Positions 1 through 12,265 of a stretch of 64,000 nt of DNA are shown here, piece after piece. Source of the stretch: Octopus vulgaris (taxonomy: Eukaryota); NCBI GenBank assembly GCA_951406725.2, contig OX597820.1, forward strand, positions 73,594,001 to 73,658,000, written 5' to 3'. The notes under the pieces are model-generated. The model saw only the letters and a program-made list of their open reading frames with translations, did no database searches and was not told the origin of the DNA. Each line of letters begins with the position of its first letter. Position 1 is the first letter of the stretch. The translations under genes were made by a program, and so were the position numbers.

Positions 1-31
<31 letters not shown>

Positions 32-855
32 AGCTTCCAATCAATTTCTATCAACTAAATACATTCACAAGGCTTCAAGTCAACCTTAAGATATAGCAGA
101 AGACAGCAACATTATATTACTAGTTAGTCGTCCATAAGTCAGATGGTTATGACTATGGCATATTGCTGGTTAGGACATTACTGTTGGTTTCATGCAGACT
201 ACTGCAACTAGGCAATATTGACAACGCTTCAGATATACTGGCTGAAAGTGTATAGGTGACTTCTTTTATGCGGGACGTATATATAATCTTTATGTGGCTT
301 GGTGTTGTGTTGGTAGATATAAATAGAATGAAACATAAGGGAAAAAATTATTAAACAATGTGTAGCTGCATTGTGTCCAGGTGAGACTGTGAGAAGGATT
401 TCTAGAGTATAGAACCTGCTCTTTTTACCTGAAGATCTGGCTTAATGCCATTTGTGTATTTCAGCACACTAGCTTTCTTTAAATAGGCATCTATTCATTA
501 ATGTGTGTACATGTATACATGCATAAACATATATATGCACACATATATGTACAAAAATAACATATGTTCGCTGTACATTCTGTAGAGTGGTTGGCGTTAG
601 GAAGGACAGCCAATCATAGAAACCAAGTGAAAACAGACCAGAGCCTAGAGCAGTTCTCTGGCTTTACAGCCCATGGTAGCATGGAAAAAGGATGATGATG
701 ATGATGATACATATAGTGAGAATTTACAAAACAACAAAAGATTAAGACAGGTGTGTAAACAATAAACAGATGTATTAGTTTAATGCTTGGGAAGTGAGAG
801 AGTCTTTTACGTTTCGAGCCTATGCTCTTCGACACAAAGGAACACAGAAATAAAC

Positions 856-884
<29 letters not shown>

Positions 885-890
<6 letters not shown>

Positions 891-1358
891 AGGTCCACCT
901 GACTGGCAACCGTGCCGGTGGCATGTAAAAAGCACAATCAGAATGTGGCCGACGCCAATTACCCCTGACTGGCTCTCGTGCCAATGGCATGTAAAAAGCA
1001 CAATCAGAATGTGGCCGACGCCAATTACCCCTGACTGGCTCTCGTGCCAGTGGCATGTAAAAAGCACTATCCGAACATGATTGATGCCAGTGCCCACTGA
1101 CTGGCTATCATGCCAGTGGCATGTAAAAAGCACTATCCAAATGTGATTGATGCCAGGCACACCTGACTGGCTCCTGTGCCAATGGCACATTCAAAACACC
1201 CAATACACGCTCGGAGTGGTTGGCATTAAGAAGGACATCCAGTTGTAAACATCCTGCCAAAACAGTCACATAAGTCTGATGCAGACTTCCACCTGGCCAG
1301 CTCTTGTAAAACCATCTAACCCATGCCAGAATGGAAGGCAGATGTTAAATGATGATGA

Positions 1359-1360
<2 letters not shown>
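885..1360 (+). repeat. RTE-tail element (family B) containing a 66-bp minisatellite. Other copies at ~4105-4400, 5626-5948, 8380-8650, 15250-15510, 18675-19055, 31950-32470, 42245-42530, 56160-56430 (-) and ~20775-20970, 47410-47595, 59330-59635 (+)
   Basis: gcatgtaaaaagcac recurs at 921, 987, 1053 and 1119 (period 66), followed by gagtggttggc.ttaggaagggcatccagc...cccatgccagcatgga...gttaaatgatgatg, the same tail as the RTE LINE at 23580-23626. Confidence 0.85.
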
Positions 1361-1402
<42 letters not shown>

Positions 1403-3587
1403 TCATCATCATCATCATATATATATATTTGTGTGTATGTTTGTGTCTGTGTTTGCATCCCCATAACTTAGCTGTTCAGCAGACGATACTGTTAGAATAA
1501 GCACCAGGCTCACATAGAATAAGTCAAGGGGTTGATTTCTTCGACTAAAAGGCGGTGCTCCAGCATAGCCACAGTCCAATGACTGAAGCAAATAAAAGAA
1601 TAAAAGAATACATACACATGGACACATAACAGGCGAATGCATATGTAGATTCCATATAATTTTTAACTACAAAGTAAAATTATAGAAAAAAAGTCCCAAC
1701 AGACGTAAACATTACCATGCTACATTATTAAGCCTAATAACATAGAATAAACAAAATGCTATGCATACGCACACATTGACTGCATATGTTACTCATGTTT
1801 ACATACGTACATACATACATACTTTCTGAATTTTGAGCTAAACTGTATTTGTTGCTTATTTAACTTTATGATTACATAAAATATGATTTGCTTTAGAAAA
1901 GATGTGGAAAACAATAATAAAAATAAATTTGTCAAAGCATAAAATAAAATTTATTTGGCTATAACCAGTTTATATCTGCAAACAAAATGCTTTTAAATAT
2001 TACCTTTTTGACCTTTCAGTAAGTACTCTCCTTTACAAAATCTCCAGACATTTTTAGCTAAAAGCTCTTTAATGTACAAAACATTTCCATGTAAAATCAT
2101 TTATAATAAAATTTGCAAACTTGCACGAAAAACAGTTGATAAAATTCTAGTCAAACTTTCATCAAATAGATTTCAAATGAGTGTTATTTTGTCTTAAACA
2201 TTCATTTGTTTTTAAGAGAAATTTTTCTTAAAACTCTCTTTGAATACTTTGAAGAGTTTTCTGTATCAAGAGCTAATATAATTTACCCTTTAAAAAAAAA
2301 AGAACTAAGAGTAGAGAATAAAAATGTTCTGTGTTGTGTTTAAATGTTTTAAGATTGTTTTTTTTAAATACATTTATTTTTTCTCGTCTTTTTTTTCTAA
2401 CACTCATATGGTTTAGATACAAGGTGTGCCCTGGTGGCCTGTTATTGTAAGGAAGATAATCATTTCTAGAATATTATATTTAATTTGTTTCTACTCATTA
2501 CAAGGACCATACAGTTTCTAGGTGTAGCTGTGTGGTAAGAAGCTTGCTTATGAACCACATGGTTCCGGGTTCAGTCCCACAGCATGGCACCTTGGGCAAG
2601 TGCCTTCTACTATAGCCTCGGGCCGACCAAAAGCCTTGATTTGGTAGATGGAAACTGAAAGAAGCCTGTCATATGTGTGTGTGTATGTGTGTGCCTTATT
2701 GTCTGTGTTTCTCCCCAACCACTGCTTGTCAACCAGTGATGGTATGTTTACCTCCCTGTAACTTAGCAATTTGGCAAAAGAGACCAATAGAATAAATGCC
2801 AGGCTTAAAAGAAAAAATAATTACTGGAACCGATTCATTCGACTAAAAAGTTCTTCAAGGTGGTGCCCCAGCATGGCCGCATTCTAATGACTGAAACAAG
2901 CAAAATATTGAAGATAAGTAACTATGTACAGAACCATTTCATTCTTATATAAAATCATCAGCATAACATAACCTGAGGTAAATAAATTAAACATTTTATG
3001 AAGGAAGATATTTCTTATAGACTGAAAATAATTACAGTTTAGAAGACATTTACATAAATTGTTAAAGATTTGTCATTTTATGGTTGAATTCCTCTTTCTA
3101 ATATCAACTATTCAAATGTGAAGAAAATCTATTAAACAAACAGCAAAAAATAATGAACCATATCTTAGGTACCAACATGTTAATGCTAGTAGAAATTCTA
3201 TAGCAGATTCATTGGTCGTTAGTCAAACACATTAACTATTGCGCTATTAGTTTCAAGTAGACAAAAATCTACAATATACAAATTTATTGGCTTATTGACT
3301 AACACACACACACACATGACACATACTTTCCATTTTTCCTCCAGCAAATGTCCATCATCACCATCATCATTTTAATATTGACTAGCACTGGCGGGACAGA
3401 ATTCTTTGAAGCACGTTTTCTATGGCTGGACACCCTCCTTCTCCCCCCACCCCCCACATGTTTGGAAGCAAGCCTATATTCTTCATGGCCAGACATGTTT
3501 CCATGGAGGATTGGAAATGAATGACACCGCTTGTACAGCACCACTAGGTTAAAACTCTGACATGAGATCAAGACAACTCTCACACAC

Positions 3588-3648
<61 letters not shown>

Positions 3649-4482
3649 TATATACATACACACACACATGTATACACTGACATACATATGCACACACACA
3701 TATATACATGTATATATATATATATATATACACACAAACATATATATATATATATATATACACACACATATGTATATAAATATACTGACAATATTAAAAA
3801 TATGGGTTACTCCAAAGTAGCAACAGCATTACCTTTAATTCTGTAATTATATTCTGCCTTTTAAGACCAACACATGTCTCAATTGCACTGATTAGTAATC
3901 ATTGCAATTGCAGCCCTACAATGAAACGGTGTAGCCTCTTGAGGGCCTTAACTTGATATCCCTCGGTATGGCTGTTTAATGATTTTATTTTATAACTTTT
4001 GCATTTTAGACTATAGAGCTGTCCATTAAGTTAGACGCGAACAATATCTATTTCAAATTCTTGTTGGATAATCATATCCAGTCCATCATTTATATATATA
4101 CATATATCATCATCATCATCGTTTAATGTCCATTTTCCATGCTGGAATGGGTTGGACAGTTTGACTGAGGTCTGGAGAGCCAGTGGCTGCACCAGGCTCT
4201 AATCTGATCTGGCAATGTTTCTACAGCTAGATGCCCTTCCTAATGCCAACCACTCTGAGAGTGTAGTGGGTGCATTTTATGTGCCACTGGCTTGGGAGCC
4301 AGTGAAGCAGGCCTAGCATCAATCATGTTCAGATAGAGCTTTTTATGTGCCACTAGCATGGGTTCCACTTAGTGGGTACTGGCATCGGCCACGTTCAGAT
4401 GATGCATATATATATGAAGCATATATACATATAAAAATGAGTAAATATTCAACATGAATACTTGTAAAAAATGGTGTTGTTA

Positions 4483-4534
<52 letters not shown>

Positions 4535-4602
4535 CAGTGGCAAAGCTAAATAATTTATAATAACAATAACACATTTGTGGCAGCAAGCGATATTTGTATT
4601 AA

Positions 4603-4822
4603 TCCTTTTGATACCAACCCGGCTGAAACCGGCTCTGGCTCTGAGTACAAATGTCTTGTTTTCATAAGTTTTGAATTAAAATCTTCCATCAAACCTTAGC
4701 CACAATTTATGTTCCTAACACTAGCTGAATGATAACTAAGTTATTTTACTAAACTCTTTGTTATATTTAAAATAATTGAAAGAAACATAGAGCATCTCAA
4801 AATAAATATGGTAACAAAAGGG
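4603..4822 (+). mobile_element. piggyBac-type MITE
   Basis: TTAA at both ends (4599-4602, 4823-4826); termini tccttttgatacca / tggtaacaaaaggg. Homologous copies at 21789-22007 (reverse) and ~51160-51313 (partial). Confidence 0.8.
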
Positions 4823-4858
4823 TTAAACAGTTATACATTAAATTCTTAATTATATTAA

Positions 4859-5208
4859 AGGGTACACGGAACACAAGCTTGCTATAAAGTGGAAATAAAA
4901 ACTCCCAACTTAACCACTACTCTCACTGAAAATATGTAATGGACCAAAAGAAATCGGGCAAACAAGTGGAATTTAACAAATTATTTCAGCTAAAAAGCTA
5001 TAGAATAAGGTAACAAATATACCTGGATTGTAATTTCAAATTCTGGCTAACACCTCAATTCTTGTCAGCAGGTGTTGCTGAGGTAACATGCTAAATTCCA
5101 CTCATTTGAGCGATTTCTGTTGGTTCATTACACATTTTCAGTGAGATTGGTAGTTAAGTTGGGAGCTTTTACCTCCACATTATAGCAAGCTAGTGCTTTG
5201 CATACCCT
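4859..5208. mobile_element. Kolobok-like palindromic MITE with ~130 bp imperfect TIRs
   Basis: TTAA|agggtacacggaacacaagcttgctataaagtgga...ctcccaacttaacc...tctcactgaaaat is mirrored by attttcagtgaga...gttaagttgggag...tccacattatagcaagctagtgctttgcataccct|TTAA. TTAA duplication with AGGG terminus. Confidence 0.75.
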
Positions 5209-5231
5209 TTAATATAATTTATATATATGTA

Positions 5232-5626
5232 GGCGCAGGAGTGGCTGTGTGGTAAGTAGCTTGCTTACCAACCACATGGTTCCGGGTTCAGTACCACTGA
5301 ATGCATGGCATCTTGGGCAAGTGTCTTCTGCTATAGCCTCAGGCCGACCAAAGCCTTGTGAGTGTATTTGGTAGATGGAAACTGAAAGAAGCCCGTCGTA
5401 TATATGTATATATATATATGTGTGTGTATGTGTTTGTCCCCCTAGCATTGCTTGACAACCGATGCTGGTGTGTTTACGTCGCCGTCACTTAGCAGTTCGG
5501 CAAAAGAGAGCGATAGAATAAGTACTGGGCTTACAAAGAATAAGTCCCGGGGTCAATTTGTTCGACTAAAGGTGGTGCTCCAGCATGGCCGCAGTCAAAT
5601 GACTGAAACAAGTAAAAGAGTAAAAG
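5232..5626 (+). mobile_element. tRNA-derived SINE family A (representative full copy). Others at ~2520-2915, 8821-9170, 11275-11630, 49270-49700, 59905-60335 (+) and ~6980-7350, 47000-47380, 56645-57025 (-)
   Basis: Head ggcgcaggagtggctgtgtggtaag...ggttccgggttcagt (Pol III A/B-box-like), body ccttgggcaagtgtcttc...gatttggtagatggaaactgaaagaagccc, internal (TA)/(TG) microsatellite, tail cagcatggccgcagtcaaatgactgaaacaagtaaaag. Confidence 0.85.
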
Positions 5627-5987
5627 ACTGGGGTCTCAGAAGCCAGGAGGCTGCACCAGGCCCCAATCTGATCTGGCAGTGTTTCTACAGCTGGATGCCC
5701 TTCCTAATGCCAAGCACTCCGAGAGTGTAGTGGGTGCTTTTTACATGACACCGGCACAGGGGCCAGAGGAGATGGCATCGGCCATGATCGGGTGGTGCTT
5801 TTTACATGCTACTGGCACGGGGCTCACAACTACAATTTCCATTTGATTTGATTTCGATATTGTTGATGTTGATGTACTTGACTCAGTAGGTGTCCTCAAG
5901 CACGGCATGTCGCTCTACGATCCAAGGTACTTTTGAGTGGGCTGGTTATATATATATATATATATATTTATATAAAATTAATCAAAT

Positions 5988-6210
5988 GACATACTAAGTA
6001 TGTCTACCTGCTGGAAATAACAGTCAAAACCCTTATTTAAATCACCCAAATACATTGATAATAACTACAGAAATCAACCGTCTGAAGGCAAATGGGCAAA
6101 AACAATCTCTCATTATACATTCAAGTATTTGGACTCATGTGGACCAGCTTCTGAACTGGCATTACAGGTTTTGACTGTTATTTCCAGCAGGTAGACATAC
6201 TTAGTATGTC
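5988..6210. repeat. Perfect 44-bp inverted repeat with 135-nt spacer
   Basis: gacatactaagtatgtctacctgctggaaataacagtcaaaacc (5988-6031) / ggttttgactgttatttccagcaggtagacatacttagtatgtc (6167-6210). Confidence 0.93.
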
Positions 6211-6500
6211 CTTCGATTAATTTTAATCATTCAGCTATTTAATGCCTTTTTTTTTTTTGACCTGCAATTGCCTATATTACTGATTCTGTTATTATCATTT
6301 TTAATTGTTACACTAGATAATAATAGAGTCAATGATATCTTTGCAAATATTTTTCTCCTAAATTACTTGCTCTGTATTGATATATATATATATATATATA
6401 TAAGTTCAGCAAAATTTAGATTCAAATGAATATGGTACTTAAGCTATCAATTAAGTTATCAATTAACATGAAAATAAGTATATTGATGGAAAACCTCTAT

Positions 6501-6591
6501 AAATGGCTGATGATTGCTCAACATTTTAAAACTGTTGTAATACTTACAATCTTTAATAAAATGATGTAGCGTGAAACGATCGTACCAAATT
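6501..6591 (+). ncRNA. Type I hammerhead ribozyme-like motif (Penelope/retrozyme type)
   Basis: CTGATGA at 6507-6513, long stem II hairpin 6515-6571, GAAA at 6573-6576, palindromic stem III ACGATCGT, GUA cleavage triplet 6582-6584, short stem I TGG/CCA. Folded by eye only. Confidence 0.65.
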
Positions 6592-6621
6592 ACCGAAGAT
6601 ATTCTTGTTGCTTATTTTGAG

Positions 6622-6668
<47 letters not shown>

Positions 6669-6730
6669 ACAATTTCCTGAATTCACTTTGAAACTGACTG
6701 AATTTGTTGTACTGTTTCTTTATTTTGCAG

Positions 6731-6911
6731 GTGAAGTACTGTCTTTCTATCTATCCCGGCTTCTTGGACTTGATAATGTCCCAATTGTTAGTCTCTCTAA
6801 AGTGAATCATTCTTCTGTTCAATGGAAAGGAATAAACTTCAGCAAACTTCAATGGACTGAAGGGAATTTGGTTGCCCTTATCCAATGGATTCCGGGTATT
6901 TCAACAGTAAG
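6731..6911 (+). CDS. fj: Four-jointed/FJX1-like kinase, internal coding exon A (first exon visible in window)
   Basis: Acceptor ttattttgcag|GT at 6730/6731 and donor AG|gtaaat at 6911/6912. Translates (G)EVLSFYLSRLLGLDNVPIVSLSKVNHSSVQWKGINFSKLQWTEGNLVALIQWIPGISTV(R), resembling the FJX1 segment GEALSYYLARLLGL...WTEGSVVSLTRWLP (recalled). Phase 1 in, phase 2 out. Confidence 0.9.
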
Positions 6912-9277
6912 GTAAATCTTCTACACTTTTTATTCTTTTACCTGGTGTTCTTTTTTTGCATTATTACAACAATCTATTGTCTCTTACTTGTTTCAGTCTA
7001 TGGACTGTGGCCATGCTGGGGCACTTCTTTGATCCCAATATTTGTGTTTATTTCAACTTTGTTACTTATTCTGGTGGGCACTTTGCCAAACTGCCAAGTT
7101 ATGGGGTTGTAAACAGACACCAGTTTTCAAGCAGTTGGGAGGGGGACAAACACAAACTCAAAAACACATGCACATACCCCCATACACACACATACATATG
7201 ATGGGCTTCTACATAGTTTCCATCTACCAAATTAACTCACAAGACATTGGTCAGCTCAGGACAATAACAGAAAACTTGCCCAAGGTGCCATACTGTGGAA
7301 ATGAACCCAAAACCACATGTTTCAAAGTGAGCTTCTTAACCAAACAACTGTGCTTATACCATAACTAGCAACATTTTTAGATAATTTATTCATTTTAGAC
7401 ACATGTGTTCCATGCAAAATGTGTTACAGATCTGATAAATTAGTTTCAGCAAATAAGTAATACACAAAGAAAGCAAGAACATTATATTGCTGTGAAATCA
7501 ACATGAGACAGCCAGAGTTGTATCTATGAGGATCTACTACATTACATTTTTGTCTAAGAGCTAAGAACAAAAAAATTAAGTTTTGGAATTCCTGAAAGCA
7601 TTATAAAATAATTACATAAAATTCAGGAATCATGAGACTTTCCCAATTAATGTTGCGTTTCTTTTTGTTTTGTTTTTTTGGGGTTTTTTTATGATATTTT
7701 AGAGTTAGAATTTCTTTACAGAGATAATATGATTTCAACAAGCTGTGACATATACAAGCAGAGTAAAAGAAGCTCTTTAGTCCTGCTGCAGACAGCCTTT
7801 CTTGTGAAGGTGGCACCTTAAAGTACACCCACTCTTTACTGTAAAACAGTTAGTGTAAAAAACATGCCAAAAGCAAACTTGCTATGCATGGTTTGTCATA
7901 TTCGAATATCTCCCAAAAGATTTTATTGTTATTCAAAAGAAAAATAAACACGTATATACAATGACAAGTTTGTGTCAGAATGTCCTTCAAAATTTCTGAA
8001 AATATATGGATGCTATTTCACTCTTATTATGAAAGGCTTAGTGGTCAGCATAATATAATTTTCAGAAATCGAATCATTTACTGTAAACTCTTTTGCAGAA
8101 GAAATGATCGCTTTCAAGATAAATTATTTAACATTTTATGGAGTTTAAACAATTTTATAATATTAAGTCAATCCATAACCTTCTAAGACTTTTATTATTG
8201 ACGTATGCTAATTTTGTAGCAAATTTTTCATGCAACTTAAATAGAAATTTAGCATCATTTCTATTAAAAAATCATATATTTATGATTTCTCAGGAAATAT
8301 TCAATAAACGAAATTATTAAACCAAGTATCTTAAATCTATCAAGTTTCAGTTTAGAAAAGATTTTATCATATTTTTATTATTATCATCATCATCATCATC
8401 ATCATAGTTTAATGTCCGTTTTCCATGCTGACATGGGTTGGACGTTTTGACTGAGGTCTGGAGAGCAGCAGCTGCACCAGGCTCCAATCTGATCTGGCAA
8501 TGTTTCTACAGCTGGATGCCTTCCTAACACCAACCACTCCAAGAGTGTAGTGGGTGCATTTTACATGCCACCAGCACAGGAGCCAGTCAGGCAGGCCTGG
8601 CATCGATCACATTCTGATAGTGCTTTTTACATGCCACTGGCACAGGGGCCATCCAGAGACATGCATCCAAAGACATGTTTCTGAGTCTTGCTCATCATCA
8701 GTCTGGAGTAGCATGGCTTGCTAGCTGGCTGCAGATACCCGTCTAGACCTTGTAAACATATATAATTTCAGTGAAGTATATCACTGATCACAAAAAATAG
8801 AAATATTAAATTTCTAAATAGGAGTGCCTGTGTGGTAAGTAGCTTGCTAACCAACCACATGGTTCCAGGTTCAGTCCCACTGCGTGGCATCTTGGGCAAG
8901 TGTCTTCTGCTATAGCCCCGGGCTGACCAATGCCTTGTGAGTGGATTTGGTAGATGGAAACTGAAAGAAGCCTGTCATATATATGTATCTGTGTTTGTGT
9001 TTGTCCCCCTAGCATTGCTTGACAACCGATGCTGGTGTGTTTACGTCCCCATCACTTAGTGGTTCGGCAAAAGAGACTGATAGAATAAGTCCCGGGGTCG
9101 ATTTACTCGACTAAAGGCGGTGCTCCAGCATGGCCACAGTCAAATGACTGAAACAAGTAAAAGAGTAAGAGTATCTCAGAGAGCAGTTGTATACTTTATG
9201 GGACTGTCACGTTAAGTTGACAGTATACAACTGCTCTATCATTCCACCACTGCTTATATCTCTCTGAGATATTTAGA

Positions 9278-10253
9278 AATCTTGCCAAAACTGCTGCACA
9301 AGATGTGCTGAATGGGTAGGTGCATTGTCATGGTGCAATTACCACCCACCAGACATATGCAATTATGACCTTTTCCAATGAATAGCATCCTGCAAATGCC
9401 ACAAAATGCCAAGGTAGTATTCCTTGTTTACTGTCTGACCAGGTGGAGCATACTCATGAAGAACAATCCCTTGTAGTTGAAGAAAACAGTCAACAGTGTT
9501 TCATATTGCTTTGACTCATTCCTGCTTTATTCGGTCTTGGACAGGTTGGTGTTTTCCACTGCGAAGACTGAGCCTTTGTTTCAGGGTCATAGCTGTAGAC
9601 CCACGATTCATCACTCATTATGACCATTTTCAAAAAGTTTTCATTGTTCTCTACACAATCAAGGAGATTGAAACCCAAGTGTCTTTTTGGTCAGCTGAAA
9701 GCAGTTTTGACACAAATTTGGTAGACACGCATCTCATTCCCAAATCTTCAGTGATAATGGACTGAACTGAGCCATAACTAATCTGCACATCCTCCGATAA
9801 CTCACAGATGGTGATTCGACAATTTCCCTTCACAGCTGCATGCACATCAGCAATGTTCTTCTCAGTTCTGCTGGTTGTGGGTTTCCCAGAACGTTTGTCA
9901 CTATCAACAATTTTTTGGCCATCTTGGAAACATCTGAACCACTCATACACATGTGTGCGGCTCATACACTTTATGCAACTTTGCATAGGCCTCTGAGCAG
10001 GTATCACCAAGCTTTTGGCAAAATTGGATGCAGATTCTCAGCTCAACTTTCTCTGCCATGGTCAGTGCAACAATCACATGCAACACACGTTCCTTCCAAG
10101 CACTACATTAAACAGCAGAAGTGAGCTAGAATGTTAAAACTTACTGTGTATGCACAGCAGAGTTCAAGGTCAAACTTTGCCAAGCGGCTTCACTCTACAT
10201 GTTTTAGCTTCGTTACTATGGCAACAGTCCGTATACATATTGATCAGATTACA
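9278..10253 (-). mobile_element. Mariner-type transposon remnant with frameshifted transposase pseudogene, 3' truncated
   Basis: Minus strand from ATG at 10059: MAEKVELRICIQFCQKLG...VYEWFRCFQDG...RSGKPTTS...RITICELS...DLGMRCV...; DESWVYSYDPETKAQSSQWK; TVFFNYKGIVLHEYAPPGQTVNKEYY; LHHDNAPTHSA. These are typical mariner motifs, broken by stops and frameshifts. 5' terminus abuts TA at 10254. Confidence 0.92.
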
Positions 10254-11977
10254 TATGTATATGTGTGTGTATGTATATATATGTATATATATACACACAT
10301 ATATATACATATGTATGTATATATATATATATATATACATACATATAGATATATGGAGAAAGAGAAAGAAAGAGATATATAATCTATTATATTATATATA
10401 TTTTTATATGTATGGGTATGTGTGTGTGTCTATGTATATATGCAAATATGTATGCATGTATATATGTATGTGTCTGCCAATTATCTATGTAAATATGTAA
10501 ATGCTAAAAGAAAGAAACTTGCACATTATTTTGCCATTAAGATTTCTGATATATTTCCTGGCTGTGCAATCTTCCTCGTGTATCTTGCATGCATTAGCGA
10601 AATATCTTAATGTTGTGTTGGAATTTAATAGACAACACACGAGCAGCATAATTCCAATGTAGATGTGTGCTGAAGCATTGAAGATATGAAACTTTATATT
10701 TTGTTTTGTAAAGAAAATATGGCCATTATTATATCATAATGGAAATATTTCAAAAGACTATAGCTTCATCATGTTTCTCTTTTAGTAAAGCCTATTTCTC
10801 TATTTCAACGATTTATCAGTATTAACGACATGCTAATTACCTGATGATGTTAGAAAGGAGTATTTCTCAGTTTGGAAAGTTCTGTTGAGAACAATTTATA
10901 ATGGCACAGTTGTAGGTGTATGGCTAAAAAAACTTGCTCCCCAACCATGTGGTTGTGGTTTCAATCCCACTGTGTGGCACCTTGGGCAAGTATCTTTATA
11001 TAGGCGCAGGAGTGGCTGAGTGGTAAGGCAGTGAGCTGGCAGAAACGTTAGCACACCGGGCGAAATGCTTAGCTGTATTTCGTCTGCCATTACATTCTGA
11101 GTTTAAATTCCGCCGAGGTCGACTTTGCCTTTCATCCTTTCGGGATCAATAAATTAAGTACCAGTTATGTACTGGGGTCGATGTAATCGACGTAATCCCT
11201 TTGTCTGTCCTTGTTTATCCCCTCTGTGTGTAGCCCCTTGTAGACAGTAAAGAAATAAGAAACTTCCTTCCCAGTCATATGGTTCTGGGTTGAGTCCCAG
11301 TGTGGCACCTTGGGCAAGTGTCTTCTGCTATAGCTTCAGGCCAACCAAGGCCTTGTGAGTGGATTTGATAGGTGGAAACTGAAAGAAGCCCATTGTATGA
11401 ATATATATATATATATATTTGTGTGTGTGTCTGTGTTTGTCAACCCTCCATCGCTTGACAACTGATGTTGGTGTGTTTATGTACCTGTAACTTAGCAGTT
11501 CGGCAAAAGAGATCGACAGAATAAGAATTAGGCATATAAAGTATAAGTCCTGGGGTCAGTTCATTCGACTAAAGGCGGTGCTCCAGCATGGCCACAGTCA
11601 AATGACTGAAACAAATAAAAGAATGAAAGAATATAGCTCTGGGACAACCCAAGCCCTGTGAGTGGACTTGGTAGATGGGAACTGCAAAAGAAGCCCATTG
11701 TGTGTTTGTGTGTTCATGTGTCTTTGTCCCCCATCCAACAGTTTGGAACTGGTGTTGGTTTGTTGATGTTTATGTAACCTAGTGGTTCAGCAAAAGAGAC
11801 CAATAGAATAAGTACCAAACTTTAAAATATTAAAATCCCAGCATGGCCACCATCCAATAACTGAAACAAGAAAAAGGTAAAAGATAAAAAAAAATGAACC
11901 AATTAGAGAACGTTTTTGTGGTTGACGGCTAGAAATAGTAACTAAGTTTCAATCCATCTGAATATTGTAGTCTAGAG

Positions 11978-12265
11978 CAGTGCTCCGCAACTGGTTTGTT
12001 GCAGCACACTGGTGTGCCATAAGATGATGCTAGGTGTGCCACAGTGTAACCTGAATATAATTTTTTTCCCTATACTTTTACTTATATTTTTAGTTCAGGT
12101 GTACAGCACACTGATGTGCTATGAGACGATGCTAGGTGTGTCGCAGTGCAACCTGAGTATAATTTTTTCCCCTATGCTTTTAGTTATATTTGTAGTTCAG
12201 GTGTGTCACCGAATTTCAAAAAGAATATAAGAGTACCGCAAGGGAAAAAAGATTGCAGAGCACTG
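11978..12265. mobile_element. hAT (Charlie-type) MITE with internal ~101 bp tandem duplication
   Basis: Perfect 8-bp TSD gtctagag (11970-11977, 12266-12273); TIRs cagtgctccgcaa / ttgcagagcactg; repeat unit cagcacactg..gtgc...ttagttcaggtgt occurs twice. Confidence 0.88.

Noticed and set aside
885-1200. Regularly spaced repeats (period 66) superficially like a CRISPR array, plus ORFs 787-1080 and 807-1190
   Set aside because: The 'spacers' are near-identical to each other, there are no cas genes, the context is eukaryotic, and the unit belongs to the RTE 3' UTR repeat.
3299-3846. Multiple overlapping YI/HT-repeat ORFs (also at ~10130-10500, 19186-19586, 34762-35202, 37515-37828)
   Set aside because: Translations of (TA)n/(CA)n microsatellites.
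1-6700. Search for upstream fj exons (transmembrane anchor, region ending in a phase-1 Gly codon)
   Set aside because: No exon with Fj-like translation was found by eye; the 5' part of the gene probably lies upstream of the window.
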